From contig OX597837.1 of assembly GCA_951406725.2 (NCBI GenBank), forward strand, positions 40,114,001 through 40,178,000: a stretch of DNA of 64,000 nt. Reading direction: 5' to 3'. The stretch is from Octopus vulgaris (taxonomy: Eukaryota). A program made the translations under genes and the position numbers. The notes below the pieces were generated by a model. That model had not been told where the DNA came from. It worked only from the letters and a program-made list of their open reading frames with translations, and did not search any database. Below, piece after piece: positions 42,199-55,155 of the stretch. Within the stretch, counting starts at the first letter, position 1. Every line of letters starts with the position of its first letter.

Positions 42199-42519
42199 TA
42201 TATATGTATGTATGTATGTACATATAGGGTTAGTAGATTTGATGATACAAACAGGAATTTAGATTTCAAGAAATGGGTCTATAATTTTTGTATTAATAAC
42301 CAACATATATTCAGTGTTTTGTGCGTTTGGCAATTGATAATTGCAAGCGGGTGAAACTCTCAGCTACAAATATCAACGAGCGCGCGCGTGTGTGCATAAG
42401 TGTATGTTTACATGTATAATTGTATGTCTGTGTATATTTGTATTACAAAATTAGTTCTGAGTGAAACAATAAATTTTTCCCTCACGGGTTATTCAATTTG
42501 GTAATAAATTTCTTTTCAA

Positions 42520-42969
42520 TCATACATACATACATATATGCAATCATACATACAATCATACATACATACAATCATACATACATACATACATACAATCATA
42601 CATACATACAATCATACATACATACATACATACATACATACATACATGCATACATACAATCATACATACATACATACATACATACATTCATACATGCATA
42701 CATACATACATACATACATACATGCATACATTCATACATACATACATAAATACATACATACATACATACATACATAATACATACATGCATGCATACATAC
42801 ATACATTCATACATACATACATACAATCATACATACATACATACAAACATTCATTCATACATACATACTTACATAAATACATACATACATACATACATAT
42901 ATACATACATACATACATACATGCATACATACATACAATCATACATACATACATACATACATACATACG

Positions 42970-43003
<34 letters not shown>

Positions 43004-43015
43004 CATAAATACACA
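42520..43015. repeat. (TACA)n microsatellite
   Basis: Direct reading; opposite-strand equivalents at 51925-52112 and 52958-53265. Confidence 0.95.
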
Positions 43016-43313
43016 CATAGAGAGCCGGAGAAGAATCGTTCTAAGAGAAGTAAAGCAGCATTTCATTATGCAGGAGCAAAATTCCAATACAAGACCAAAA
43101 AAAAAGGTTAAAGATGTATGACGGATGGTTGAATGGGTAAAGAAAGAAATTAAAGATATTGGAAGGTCAAAAAACGACAACTTAATTAATGGAATCGCCC
43201 GGGTTTTATTTCTATAGAATTTATTGAGGTTAAGACCATGGATATTAAAGAAATTGTCAATTGGCGTGTATATATTTGTTTTTGCGTGATGGTGTTTATA
43301 CACAGTCTCACAC

Positions 43314-43366
<53 letters not shown>

Positions 43367-43432
43367 TGTGTATTGTTATATTTCGGGACGGTCATTTCTT
43401 TTTTGCCAAATAAACACACGCACTATATATAT

Positions 43433-43662
43433 ATTTCTTTACTGCCCACAAGGTGCTAAACATAGAGGGGACAAACAAGGATAGACGAAGGGATTGAGTC
43501 GATTATATCGCCCCCAGTGCGTAACTGGTACTTTATTTATCGACCCCGAAAGGATGAAAGGCAAAGTTGACCTCGGTGGAATTTGAACTCAGAACGTAAC
43601 GACAGACGAAATACCGCGAAGCATTTCGCCCGGCGCGCTAACGTGTCTGCCAGCTCGCCGCC
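43433..43662 (-). mobile_element. SINE family B
   Basis: Full reverse-complement copy. Confidence 0.85.
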
Positions 43663-43676
43663 AAACAATGTGCTAT

Positions 43677-43758
43677 GCTTACTGCACCTAGGTTTCCCAA
43701 GCGGTCACCCATCTAAGTACTGACTAGGCTCGACGAGAACCGGTGCTTTCAACGTGAT
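43677..43758 (-). pseudogene. 5S rRNA pseudogene with internal deletion
   Basis: Minus ATCACGTTGAAAGCACCGGTTCTCGTCG|AGCCTAGTCAGTACTTAGATGGGTGACCGCTTGGGAAACCTAGGTGCAGTAAGC resembles metazoan 5S rRNA minus the box-A segment. Confidence 0.8.
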
Positions 43759-43799
43759 TTCGTTCTTCACTCTTCACTCTTTTATTACCGCTCTAGCAA

Positions 43800-44620
43800 A
43801 GTCTTTAGCACGCTGGACGAAATGCGTAGCGGTATTTCGTCTGCCGTTACGTTCTGAGTTCAAATTCCGCCGAGGTCGACTTTGCCTTTCATCCTTTCGA
43901 GGTCGATAAATTAAGTACTAATTACGCACTGAGGTCGATGTAATCGACTTAAACCGTTTGTCTCTCCTTGTTTGTCCCCTCTGTGTGTAACCCCTTGTGG
44001 GTAGTAAAGAAATAGGTATTTCGACTGTCGCTACGTTCCGAGTTCAAATTCCGCCGAGGTCGATTTTGCCTTTCATCCTTTCGGGGTCGATAAATTAAGT
44101 ACCAGTTACGCACTGGGGTCGTATAATCGGCTGGTCCCTTCCCACAAACTTCGAGCCTGTAATAGAAAGGATTATAGTTGTCATTAAAAAACCGGCGATC
44201 TGGCTGAATCGTTAGCACGCCGGGCAACATGCTTAGCAGCATTTCGTGTCGTAACGTTCGGAGTTCAAATTCTGCAGAGGTTGCTTTTATCTTTCATCCT
44301 TCCGGAATCGATAGAACAAGTACCAGTTGAATACTGGGGTCGGTTTAAATGACTTATTGTCTTCCTGATCTTGCTGGCCTTGTGCTAAAACTTGAAACCA
44401 CTCTCATTATCATTAAAGCAGTGAGTTGGCACACTTGTTAACGAGACCGAAAAGAAAATGTCTAACGGCATCTCTTCGGGAGCTTTACAATCGGAGTTCA
44501 AATGCTGTCGAGGCCGACTTTTGTCTTCCATTCTTTCGGGGTTGCTTAAAGTAAAAGGAGCAATCAGGAAGGGACCTCTCCCTTCCCTCAAAACTGCCGG
44601 CCTTGAGTCAAAATTTGAAT
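43800..44620 (+). mobile_element. Cluster of SINE-B and older B-like copies
   Basis: Four successive GAGTTCAAAT..TCATCCTT-type bodies of decreasing identity. Confidence 0.75.
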
Positions 44621-44627
44621 CCCTTGG

Positions 44628-44664
<37 letters not shown>

Positions 44665-44727
44665 AACTACTGCTACTGCTACTGCTACTACAACAACTAT
44701 TACTACTATTACTACTACTACTACACT

Positions 44728-44769
<42 letters not shown>

Positions 44770-44910
44770 ACTTACTACTACTCACCACATTTACTAAAGC
44801 ACCATGATACTCCTGCTGCCGCTGATCATGCTGCCGCTGTTACTACTACTACTACTACTGCTACTACTACTACTACTACTACTACTACCACTGCTGCTGC
44901 TGCTGCTACC
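44628..44910. repeat. (TAC)n/(TGC)n microsatellite
   Basis: Direct reading. Confidence 0.9.
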
Positions 44911-45499
44911 GCCTACTTTACCTTGTCTTTGGCTAAAATAATTGCTTTTATCGTAAACAACACTCAAAAATTTTGTTGTTTTTTTTTCCTCTTTGCATAT
45001 GACAGAAATCATTCTGTTTTGTTTTGTTTTCTTTTTAGCTTTCTGCTTGCAACTGCATCGCGTTCCTTAGAAACCATTATAAGAGGAATCAATCGGAGAC
45101 GTTAATGAAAACATCTCTAGGAAGAATCTCTGAAAACCTCTTCGCTTGATGGTAATGATATTTGCTTGATGGTAATGGCCACAATGTAAGCCCACTCCGA
45201 AATTCAGTTTTTATGACAGGTATAATGGAGGACGCCATTATAGGCTGGATAGTCGCGTAGTTTTACAAAGCCCTACAGCATAATGTTATCAACCTTGTAA
45301 GTTAAGAAGACATTTAACACAGGTTTTATTACAGGCTGTCGTGTTCAATTCTCTGGATGAAAGACATTCACATATTCACAACTGTGGAGTTTAATATATA
45401 ATGATTGAATTATTTTGGCTTCTCAAGCATTCAAGATGGTGTAACTTTTCTTATCCTCGGAGACGAAGTGTCTCTGATTATTTTGTCCTTGAAGAAGAT

Positions 45500-45530
45500 T
45501 CTCCGATGAGACGAAAGTCGTAACGTCTGG
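45500..45530 (+). ncRNA. Decayed minimal hammerhead-like motif
   Basis: CCGATGA-GAC-GAAA-GTC-GTAAC-GTC (GAAAC mutated to GTAAC; weak stem I). Confidence 0.35.
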
Positions 45531-45962
45531 CTACGTTTTAGATTGGAGATTTGCACATTCGTTGCTGAAATTTTCCATGAAGCCTCACATTCATATATAA
45601 ATGTACACACCAGCATACATACATACACACAGACACTCAGACACGTACACAAATATTCTGGGAGGGTTATTTTTCATTATTTTTTCTAAAAATACTCTAG
45701 TCAACACGGTTATAGAGCGAGCATACAGATGTAAGCATTGGCAAAAACACACATTTAGTGCATATAAGTAGTCTCTATCATTATATATAATTTAAACTTT
45801 AATTTCCTTTATATTTAACATTCACTATTGGAATCCCTACTCTTTCTGTTAGCTACTTATGACGTTATATCATATAACGTTTTTTTAAACAATATTAATA
45901 GCGTTCTGTCAATCATTATACAAATCCATCAATGTCTTATTGACGAGTTTCGTTTTTTTCAC

Positions 45963-46044
45963 TTTCCCGAAGAGAAGATTGCATTGTTTATACCATTTAT
46001 TCTTTTGAATAGTATCAGTAGAATTTTCGAAACATGTGTAGAAA
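45963..46044 (+). ncRNA. Type I hammerhead ribozyme candidate
   Basis: TTTC-CCGAAGA-GAAGATT...AATTTTC-GAAAC-ATGT-GTA-GAAA. Confidence 0.65.
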
Positions 46045-46246
46045 AAAAAGTAAAAATACTTGTTTAAACCTGCGTTAAAATCCATTTATTTATTCATATA
46101 ATATTCAAAATATTCCACGTAAACACGAAGTTTCTTCCTTTATAAACAAGGAGTTACAACATCTTTACTTGTGAGATTTTTGCTAACCTGGTAACTATTT
46201 ATTTATTTTTTCCGTGTTTATTGTTAACAAGGTAAAAATACACTCA

Positions 46247-46284
<38 letters not shown>

Positions 46285-46738
46285 AGTGTGTGTGTATATG
46301 CATATGTATTTATGTGTGTCACTCTTCATGCGTGTGTTTGTCCCCTCACCATTGGTTGACAACCTATGTTGCTGAATTTAGATTCCATAACATAACGGAT
46401 CGGCAAAAGACGCGAGAGAATAAGTAGCAGAGTCACAAAGAATAAGTCCTGGGTTCGGTTTCGTCGACTAAAACAAAAAAAAAAACTTTTAATACGGTCC
46501 TCCAGCATGGCCGCAGTCAAATGACTGAGATGCGTTAAAGAATAGAAGATTAAAAGAATACATGCGTGTGTATGTGTGTGTGTGTGTGTGTGAGTTTTCG
46601 TGTGCTTATTTTTATAACGAAGTCCAGGCAGTCATTGTCCGCGGGGTACAACTCCATGCAGTATATATATCTTTGGAAATTTTATGTGAAGCCGACAAAG
46701 TCAATTCCTTTAAAATATAATTAAATTCCAAATATATA

Positions 46739-46903
46739 GGTGCAGGAGTGGCTGTGTGGCAAGTAGCTTGTCTACCAACCACATGGTTCCGGGTTCAGTC
46801 CCATTGCGTGGCACCTTGGGCAAGTGTCTTCTACTATAGCCTCGGGCCGACCAGAGCCTTGTGAGTGGATTTGGTAGACGGAAACTGAAAGAAGCCCGTC
46901 GTA

Positions 46904-46957
<54 letters not shown>

Positions 46958-47160
46958 TGTGTGTTTGTGTGTCTGTTTGTCCCCTATCATTGCTTGACAA
47001 CCGATGCTGGTGTGTTTATGTCCCCGTTACTTAGCGGTTCGGCAAAAGAGATCGATAGAATAAGTACTGCGCTTACAAAAAAAAAAGAATAAAGGCGGTG
47101 CTCGAGCATGGCCGCAGTCAAATGACTGAAACAAGTAAAAGAGTAAAAAGAGTAAAGAGT
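46739..47160 (+). mobile_element. SINE family A
   Basis: Near-full copy. Confidence 0.85.
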
Positions 47161-47322
47161 ATATATGCTATGCGCATTTTCAACTCTGTTTCTTCCCTGC
47201 CTCCACTTGCTTGGATTTATAACAATTTACATACATACATACATACATACATATATACATACATATATACATACACACATATATATATACTTTATTCAAA
47301 AGCAGCAAAAATTCAACAACAG

Positions 47323-47360
47323 CTGTTACTCGGAGTTTCACGTTCCCGTTCGTCGGACAG
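47323..47360 (-). ncRNA. Minimal type I hammerhead ribozyme candidate
   Basis: Minus CTGT-CCGACGA-ACG-GGAA-CGT-GAA-ACTC-C-GAGT-A-ACAG; same family as 31556-31593. Confidence 0.7.
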
Positions 47361-47366
47361 TTTTGT

Positions 47367-47401
<35 letters not shown>

Positions 47402-47616
47402 ACTCTTTACTCTTTACTCTTTTACTTGTTTCAGTCATTTGACTGCGACCATGCTGGAGCACCGCCTTTAGTCGAGCAAATCGACCCCGGGACTTATTCT
47501 TTGTAAGCCCATTACTTATTCTATCAGTCTCTTTTGCCGAACCGCTAAGTGACGGGGACGTAAACACACCAGCATCGGTTGTCAAGCAATGCTTGGGGGG
47601 GCAAACACAGACACAA

Positions 47617-47680
<64 letters not shown>

Positions 47681-47843
47681 GACAGGCTTCTTTCAGTTTC
47701 CGTCTACCAAATCCACTCACAAGGCATTGGTCGGCCCGGGGCTATAGCAGAAGACACCTGCCCAAGATGCCACGCAGTCGGACTGAACCCGGAACCATGT
47801 GGTTGGTAAGCAAGCTACTTACCACACAGCCACTCCTGCGCCT
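47402..47843 (-). mobile_element. SINE family A
   Basis: Full copy, tail-to-tail with 46739-47160. Confidence 0.85.
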
Positions 47844-48469
47844 ATATATACAAAGACATGTAAAATGGCCGTTTGGTTGTGCAATGAATATGATAACGAG
47901 GCAACACTGCGGCTTGCACATCATCTTAGTGTTAAAAGCAGATAATGATCGTGGTCTTACGAATAAGTTCTGACAGAGTTCAGTTCTTGACTTTCGTGAG
48001 TTTTTTCTTTTTTTTTCTTTTCGGTTTTGGCACTCAATACTCTCATATTTAATAATTATCGATTATTTATCTAAGAAACGTGGCCACAAGGGTGTTAACA
48101 ACATAATTATTGCTACGCGCGGGAATTACTATATACAGTTCGCAAACTCAGTTAATAACGGAGAGTGTTATTGATTTCTTACAAATTACTTCAAGGGTTT
48201 ACCATTATTCTTCTAACGGTGAATTGGTATCGGTGTGATTACTGTCTAATTCTTGTATCATTATTGCTTATTATAAATGCCCTGCGTAAATTATTGTTGT
48301 TGATGTCGATGTTGGTTAATCTTAATCTATCGCTGGTTGTATAAATCTGCCAAAAGATTTTCCAGCTGTGAACATCCTAGATATAAAAATTCGAGACGTT
48401 TTCCGTTGTGTCTTTCCAATTTCGGACATGTTTGGCTATTCTTATTCTACCTGGGAATCAACTAGCGCC

Positions 48470-48760
48470 GATGATTAGGGCTTCAGTTGGTCCATCCAAT
48501 CAACGGAACAGCCTGCTGGGGAATTTAACGGACACCACAGGCATTTGTATCCTTAACGGAATTCTCGGGGAGATTCAGCGTGACGTAGAATACAATAAGG
48601 CTGGCCCTTTAGACTGCAGCTACAACTGACTTTTGCCAGAGGAGAAGACTGGAGCAACGTGATATAAAGTACCTTGCTCAAGGACACGAGCCGCCGAGTA
48701 TCGAACAGACGACCTCACGATCGTAAGCCGAGGACCCTGACCACTTAGCCACGCACCTTT
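48470..48760 (-). mobile_element. Degenerate SINE (CORE-like centre with C1-like tail)
   Basis: Minus GTGGCTAAGTGGTCAGGG..GTGTCCTTGAGCAAGG..CAGCAGGCTGTTCCGTTGAT; similar decayed copies at 38750-39150. Confidence 0.6.
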
Positions 48761-49097
48761 ACTCTACTATTATCAGCAGTACAAAAAACAACGTAGTAGT
48801 AGCTATCTTTTGTAGTCTAGTAGCTTCTGGCCTTAATTGGGCGCACCGTGATCAGGGAGGTAGCTGCATTAGCATTGATGTGATTAATATCTATATCTGG
48901 TGTCACTGCTTATTGTAGATGTTCCGTGTATCACTACTGTTGTTGTTCTTGTTGTTTATGGTGATGGTGGTGTTGATGTTGAGTAGCCCTTCTTCATTGG
49001 CGATTGTGTAGAGCCATGACCGTCCAGGCTTTTAATTCTAGACGACGTTCCCACGCGAATCTTTCCCAGTTAAGGAAAATTTGTTTTGTTTTTTCCT

Positions 49098-49392
49098 TCC
49101 TTCTCGAGCCATTCCTGGCCCACTAGGGCCGGTTTCCCGGTTTCCTTGGCGTATAGGTTCCCCACCTGGACGGGACGCCGGTCCGTCGCAGGTGAGCTGC
49201 AAGATGCAGGAGGAAAGAGTGAGAGAAATTAGGGCGAAAGAGTCAGCAGAAGTTCGCCATTCCCTTCTGCCGGAGCCGCGTGGGGCTTAGGTGTTTCGCT
49301 CATAAATACACACATCGCCCGGTCTGAAATTCGAACCTGCGATCCCTCGACCGCGAGTCCGCTGCTCTAGCCACTAGGTCATGTGTCTCCAA
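49098..49392 (-). mobile_element. SINE family C, tail variant 3
   Basis: Same head/body as C but tail CCTGCGACGGACCGGCGTCCCGTCCAGG..GAAACCGGGAAACCGGCC. Confidence 0.75.
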
Positions 49393-49493
49393 GGAAAATT
49401 TAAGCTTTGTTAAAACAAGTGGTCTATCAGAAGTCCTAGATCGTTGGACAAAATGCTTAGCAGCATTTCTGCCGACTCTTTACAAGATAAGAA

Positions 49494-49738
49494 GGCAGCG
49501 AGCTGGCAGAAACGTTAGCAAGCCGGGCGAAATGCGTAGCCGTATTTCGTCTGCCGTTACGTTCTGAGTTCAAATTCCGCCGAGGTTGACTTCGCCTTTC
49601 ATCCTTTCGGGGTCGATTAAATAAGTACCAGTTACGCACTGTGGTCGATGTAATCGACTTAATCCGTTTGTCTGTCCTTGTTTGTCCTCTCTGTGTTTAG
49701 CTCCTTGTGGGTAGTAAAGAAATAGGTATTTCGTCTGC
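49494..49738 (+). mobile_element. SINE family B
   Basis: Full copy. Confidence 0.85.
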
Positions 49739-50202
49739 GTGACCATCCCAGCTTAAATTCTAGACCAAATCTTGTGGGTTTTTCCAGGTTGCGGTATGTG
49801 GATATTTGGCTACTATTATTAGCAGTAGAAACGACAGGGCAGTGTGTTGCGCTCTTTTCTAGGCTAATATTTCCAACTCTCAATCGAGCACAGACATGAT
49901 GGTGAGGGGGTAACAGCTGTGACAATCACTCGTCTTGCGACAAGCTTGTATGATTGCACTGTCCAATAATGTACTTTACTTAAGAGGCTAGGAGTATGTT
50001 GACACAACGTGACTGCTGTTTCTATTGTTAACGACGATGACGATGATAGAGATGATGATGATGTTGGTGCTGGTGGCGGAGGTGGTGGTGGTGCTGGTGG
50101 TTTTGGTGGTAGTGGTGGTGGTAACAGAAAGATAAAAACATACATAAAAAAGAGGGACAGGGGAAATTAGAAATCATAACCGAAGATAGACACTGAGATA
50201 GA

Positions 50203-50284
<82 letters not shown>

Positions 50285-50477
50285 TGGTAAGGCAGATGGA
50301 CAGTTGCATACATGAAGGTACATAAAAACATACGTCTTCGTTTCTCTTTTTGTCATCTGTGATTTTATTTTTGGTCTTCTATATAAATGGAGATATTTCC
50401 TCCGTCTGGTTGCTTTTCTCTCTAAAAAACGTAAAGTTACATTGCGGAACAGGCATTTTCACGAGTTGTATTCATTT

Positions 50478-50583
50478 ATCACCTGAGGAGATACATCTGC
50501 ACCACCGGATGCCCCTGAGCCAGTTGTTGAGTGTCCCACCCAAAAGGAATCGATGCTAGATGAGTCGAAACAATTGTCATGAT
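50478..50583 (+). ncRNA. Hammerhead candidate, ATCAC/GTGAT family (best preserved core)
   Basis: ATCAC-CTGAGGA-GATACATCT...AGATGAGTC-GAAAC-AATT-GTC-ATGAT. Confidence 0.65.
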
Positions 50584-50624
50584 TAATGATATATTCTCAT
50601 ACATTCCATCTTCCGTCTTTCATT

Positions 50625-50669
<45 letters not shown>

Positions 50670-50951
50670 AATATGCCCGAGGTTACTGTGGTCTTCTCGT
50701 AGGTTTTTCTTTCCACAGATAAACCTCCCTATTTCTTGGGAAACTTTTTGTATTATTTCGACATTTTTTCCACATATTCCCAACGATTTCGATCCATTTT
50801 GATCGTTGCCCCCCCCCCACTTTCTTCGCCCCCTCGAAAAGAAAAACTCTACATTGTAATTGTGCCCTCTGTGTTTAGCCCTGTGTGGCCAATAAAGAAA
50901 GTTATCTTTCTATCTATCTATCTGTCTGTCTATATGTCTGTCTATCTGTCC

Positions 50952-51026
<75 letters not shown>

Positions 51027-51049
51027 TATATCTTTCTCTCTCTCTCTCA

Positions 51050-51082
<33 letters not shown>

Positions 51083-51152
51083 CAAATCTGTGTTAAATGG
51101 ATGTATGCACACACATACACACATACATACACACATGTATGCATTTTCATGT

Positions 51153-51353
51153 AGTTAAATATATGTCCGGTCACAGAGTGACCATTGGTCTCGCATCCAT
51201 AAAGCGCCTAAATTTATAGAAGACTTGTCAGACTCGACAGCTTGAAGAGAGTTTATATTCCCGTGGCCATTGGAGTGTTACGAGTCATCCATAAAGCTAA
51301 GCGTTTTATGAACGCGACGCTATTGGTCACTTTATGAACGGACATATTTAACT
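51153..51353. mobile_element. MITE-like imperfect fold-back, about 80-bp arms
   Basis: AGTTAAATATATGTCCG..GTGACCA.. / ..TGGTCAC..CGGACATATTTAACT. Confidence 0.6.
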
Positions 51354-51437
51354 CAAAGTAAATACATTTCTGCTCTAAATCTTTTTACATTTCTTTTCTA
51401 ACTCTACAATTCTTCCCACCTTGTTTCGCATGTATAT

Positions 51438-51671
51438 TATTTCTTTACTACCCACAAGGGGCTAATCACAGAGGGGACAAACAAGGACAGAAAAACGGAT
51501 TAAGTCGATTAGATCGACCACAGTGCGTAACTGGTACTTATTTAATCGACCCCGAAAGGATGAAAGGCAAAATCGACCTCGGCGGAATTTGAACTCAGAA
51601 CGTAACGGCAGACGAAATACGGCTACGCATTTCACCCGGCGTGTTAACGATTCTGCCAGCTCGCCGCCTTA
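51438..51671 (-). mobile_element. SINE family B
   Basis: Full copy with TSD TGTTTCGCATGTATAT on both sides. Confidence 0.9.
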
Positions 51672-51921
51672 TGTTTCGCATGTATATACCTACTTGTGTA
51701 TACATACATACATATGTATGTATGTATGTATGTATCTATGTATGAAGAAAAAAAAATTTGTCGACAATTTTTTGTTTCGGCATATTTGGCATTAGAATTA
51801 TTCTTCTGCCCTTATCCTGTAATTTATTTATAAATTTAACCTTTAAAGGTATTTTTTGATATGCTGGCCATTGATAAAATTTTTTTTTCCAGAAAAAAAA
51901 AATTTTTTATCCTACTTTAGT

Positions 51922-51953
<32 letters not shown>

Positions 51954-52118
51954 TGTATGTATGTATGTATGTATGTATGTATGTATGCATGCATGCATGT
52001 ATGTATGTATGTATGTATGTATGTATGTATGTATGTATGTATGTATGTATGTATGTATGTATGTATGTATGTTTGTATGCATGTATGTATGTATGTATGT
52101 ATGTATGTATGTACTGTT

Positions 52119-52350
52119 TACTCTTTTACTTGTTTCGGCCATTTGACTGCTGCCATGCTGGAGCACCGCCGTTTAGTCGAGCAAATCGAACCCCAGTGCT
52201 TATTCTTTGTGAGCCTAGTACTAATTCTATCGGCCCCTCTTGCCGAACCGCTAAGTTACAGGGACGCAATCGGTTGTCAAGCGATGTTGGGAGAACAAAG
52301 ACAGACACACAAACATATACACACACACATATACATACACACAAACACAT

Positions 52351-52409
<59 letters not shown>

Positions 52410-52583
52410 CATACATATATACGATGGGCTTCTTTCGGTTTCCGTCTACCATATCTACTCACAAGACTTTGGTCGGCCCTAGGCTATAGTAGAAGTAACT
52501 TGCCCAAGGTGCCACGCAGTGGAAATGAAACCGGAACCATGTGGTTGGTAAGTAAGCTACTTGCCACACAGCCATTCCTGCGC
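52119..52583 (-). mobile_element. SINE family A
   Basis: Full reverse-complement copy. Confidence 0.85.
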
Positions 52584-52593
52584 CTATATAATT

Positions 52594-52940
52594 GATAAAC
52601 TTCTGGAAAGTTTTACAGATTTTTACAGTTCCAGTGACGTATTGGATCTGTAGTCTTCGAATTAGCTTTCTCCTTTCTGGTTTTGAGAAGCTCAATTTCT
52701 AGGGCCCCAATAATTACAGGTATAAACCTGAAATTGTAATCTGGATGGAATAACTGCAGATTTCTCAATAAGTAGTCTCGTTTTTCACTGATCTACAGCT
52801 TCATGTTAACATCTTCTGGGCAGCTAATTTCCACAACTTTGCACTGTTTCTCTTCTCTCCCTCAAATCATTATATTTGGTCTGTTCTGCATACATTTTAT
52901 AGAGGTCTTTACTGGGACATTCCACCAGTATTCCTTTCTA
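52594..52940 (-). mobile_element. Second RLE-type non-LTR retrotransposon C-terminal remnant
   Basis: Minus WWNVPVKTS..NRPNIMI..KVVEISCPEDVN..FIPVIIGAL..GTVKICKTFQKF with lesions. Confidence 0.7.
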
Positions 52941-53268
52941 TTGTGAGAGGCTTTGGTTTGTATGTATGTATGTATGTATGTATGTATGTATGTATGTATG
53001 TATGTATACAAATATATGTATGTATGTATGAATGTATGTATGATTGTATGTATGTATGTATGTATACATTTATGTATGTATGTATGTATGTATGTATGTA
53101 TGTATGTATGTATGTATGTGTGTATGTATGTATGTATGTATGTATGTATGTATGTATGTATGTATGTATGTATGTATGTATGTATGTATGTATGTATGTA
53201 TGTATGTATGTGTGTATGTATGTATGTATGTATGTATGTATGTATGTATGTATGTATGTATGTATAAC

Positions 53269-53470
53269 TACGAGCGGGGTTGAAAAGTTCCCGGCTTTAA
53301 GTCCGTCGTGAAAGGCCTGTTCGGAAGGCCAAAATTCTGAGTTATTTTACAGAAAATAAATGCACTGAATGGCCACTGTGAATCTTAGAAGATAATATGT
53401 TGGATAAAATCATGAATAACTGATGCTTTATTTTCTTTTATCCGAAGCCAGGAACGTTTCAGCAATTCTA
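53269..53470. mobile_element. Mariner-type MITE/remnant
   Basis: TA-CGAGCGGGGTTGAAAAGTTCCCGGCTT / AAGCCAGGAACGTTTCAGC imperfect TIRs. Confidence 0.55.
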
Positions 53471-53687
53471 ATGTGTATATGGGTACATATGTGCATATAT
53501 ATATATATATATATATAATTTATAAAAATATGGTAAAGAATTCACTTTACCACACACCGAACTTTTCAGAAATAGCAGCCAAAAATTTTCAACTGCAAAT
53601 AAAAGTCTCCAGACAATGCATACTCAGAAAAATAACTCACATAGGTATAAGGGAAAAACAATGAAAGATCACATCCATATACGATAC

Positions 53688-53747
53688 CCGAGGACAGTCT
53701 GTTTCTGGATTTGTGGGTAAAACGCCACTTTTCCTTCATCAGCTCAG
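53688..53747 (-). ncRNA. Hammerhead candidate (inverted twin of 54243-54302)
   Basis: Reverse complement of the plus-strand motif. Confidence 0.7.
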
Positions 53748-54242
53748 AGATTTCTTCTGATTTAGATTTGAAAATACTAAGAATCAAACATACCCGTCCG
53801 ATATCTGTAACATCGGACAAACCATGCCAGACACCCAGTACTAGCGAATCCAAAAATACGAATGAGATCTATTATTCTCCCTGTCCGCCCACGTGAGTCA
53901 TAGAGCATTCCATTTCTACAGAGGTAAAAACTGCAGTTCAAATTCTTGGAGAGAAAGCATTATATTGTTATCAAAAAAGGGGGTCGAATTAATTAATTGT
54001 TAATAAATTCGACCAAGCAGTATTCGGTATGTAAAGACCATTTACGGTATATTTGAAGTATTAATTTATAAAAATATGGTACGGACAGGGAGAAAATATG
54101 GGCGGACAGGGAGAATAATAGATCTCATTCGTATTTTTGGATTCGCTAGTACTGGGTGTCTGGCATGGTTTGTCCGATGTTACAGATATCGGACGGGTAT
54201 GTTTGATTCTTAGTATTTTCAAATCTAAATCAGAAGAAATCT

Positions 54243-54302
54243 CTGAGCTGATGAAGGAAAAGTGGCGTTTTACCCACAAATCCAGAAACAGACTGTCCTC
54301 GG
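54243..54302 (+). ncRNA. Type I hammerhead ribozyme candidate
   Basis: CTGAG-CTGATGA-aGGA...TCCa-GAA-ACAG-A-CTGT-C-CTCGG. Confidence 0.7.
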
Positions 54303-54481
54303 GTATCGTATATGGATGTGATCTTTCATTGTTTTTCCCTTACACCTATGTGAGTTATTTTTCTGAGTATGCATTGTCTGGAGACTTTTATTTGCAGTTG
54401 AAGAAATAGCCAAATTTTTGGCTGCTATTTCTGAAAAGTTCGGTGTGTGGTAAAGTGAATTCTTTTTCTTTACCATATTTT

Positions 54482-54524
<43 letters not shown>

Positions 54525-54779
54525 ACTAAATAGTTTTGAATGGTACAACAATGAACTATAATACAAACAATGGGCTAGACTCCATCTAACAATACCTGAA
54601 GAAGGAATTTTATTCCGAAATATCATCAAACTATGGATGACTAAGTTACAGCAGGTATATAACCCATTGTTTGTATTATAGTGCATTGTTGTACGATTCA
54701 AAACTTTATATTCTTTACAATCAATACACAATGTTTCAAGCAAACTACAATACACTCCTATATATATATATATATATAT

Positions 54780-55117
54780 ATTCTTTGCAAGTATGGTACT
54801 TATTCTATCAGTCTCTTTTGCCTGCCGAACAACTAAGTTGCAGGGACATAAACTCACTAGCATCAGTTGTCAAGCGTCGGTTGGGCGGGGGGGACAAACA
54901 CGGACACAAAGAGACACACATACACACACAGACATATATATATAAACTTAGACTTAGATAAACTTAGATATAGTTTATATATATATATATATGTATGTAT
55001 GTTTGTATGTATGTATATATACGATGGGCTTTCAGTTTCCGTCTATCAAATCTACTCACAAGAATTTGTTCTACCCGAGGGTATAGTAGAATACACTTAC
55101 CCAAGGTGCCACGCAAT
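54780..55117 (-). mobile_element. SINE family A, internal fragment
   Basis: Degenerate match to family A body. Confidence 0.7.
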
Positions 55118-55121
55118 GATC

Positions 55122-55155
<34 letters not shown>

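Larger units (their letters stand above)
53516..54488. mobile_element. Hammerhead-carrying element: 546-nt terminally redundant unit plus about 375-bp inverted copy (Penelope pLTR-like)
   Basis: 53518-53891 is the reverse complement of 54099-54488; TAATTTATAAAAATATGGTA at 53516 and 54062; (TA)n on both flanks; related fragment 58075-58300. Confidence 0.75.

Noticed and set aside
53566-54409. Duplicated ORFs MDSLVLGVWHG.. and MWVKRHFSF..
   Set aside because: Result of the inverted repeat; no recognisable domain, non-ATG starts
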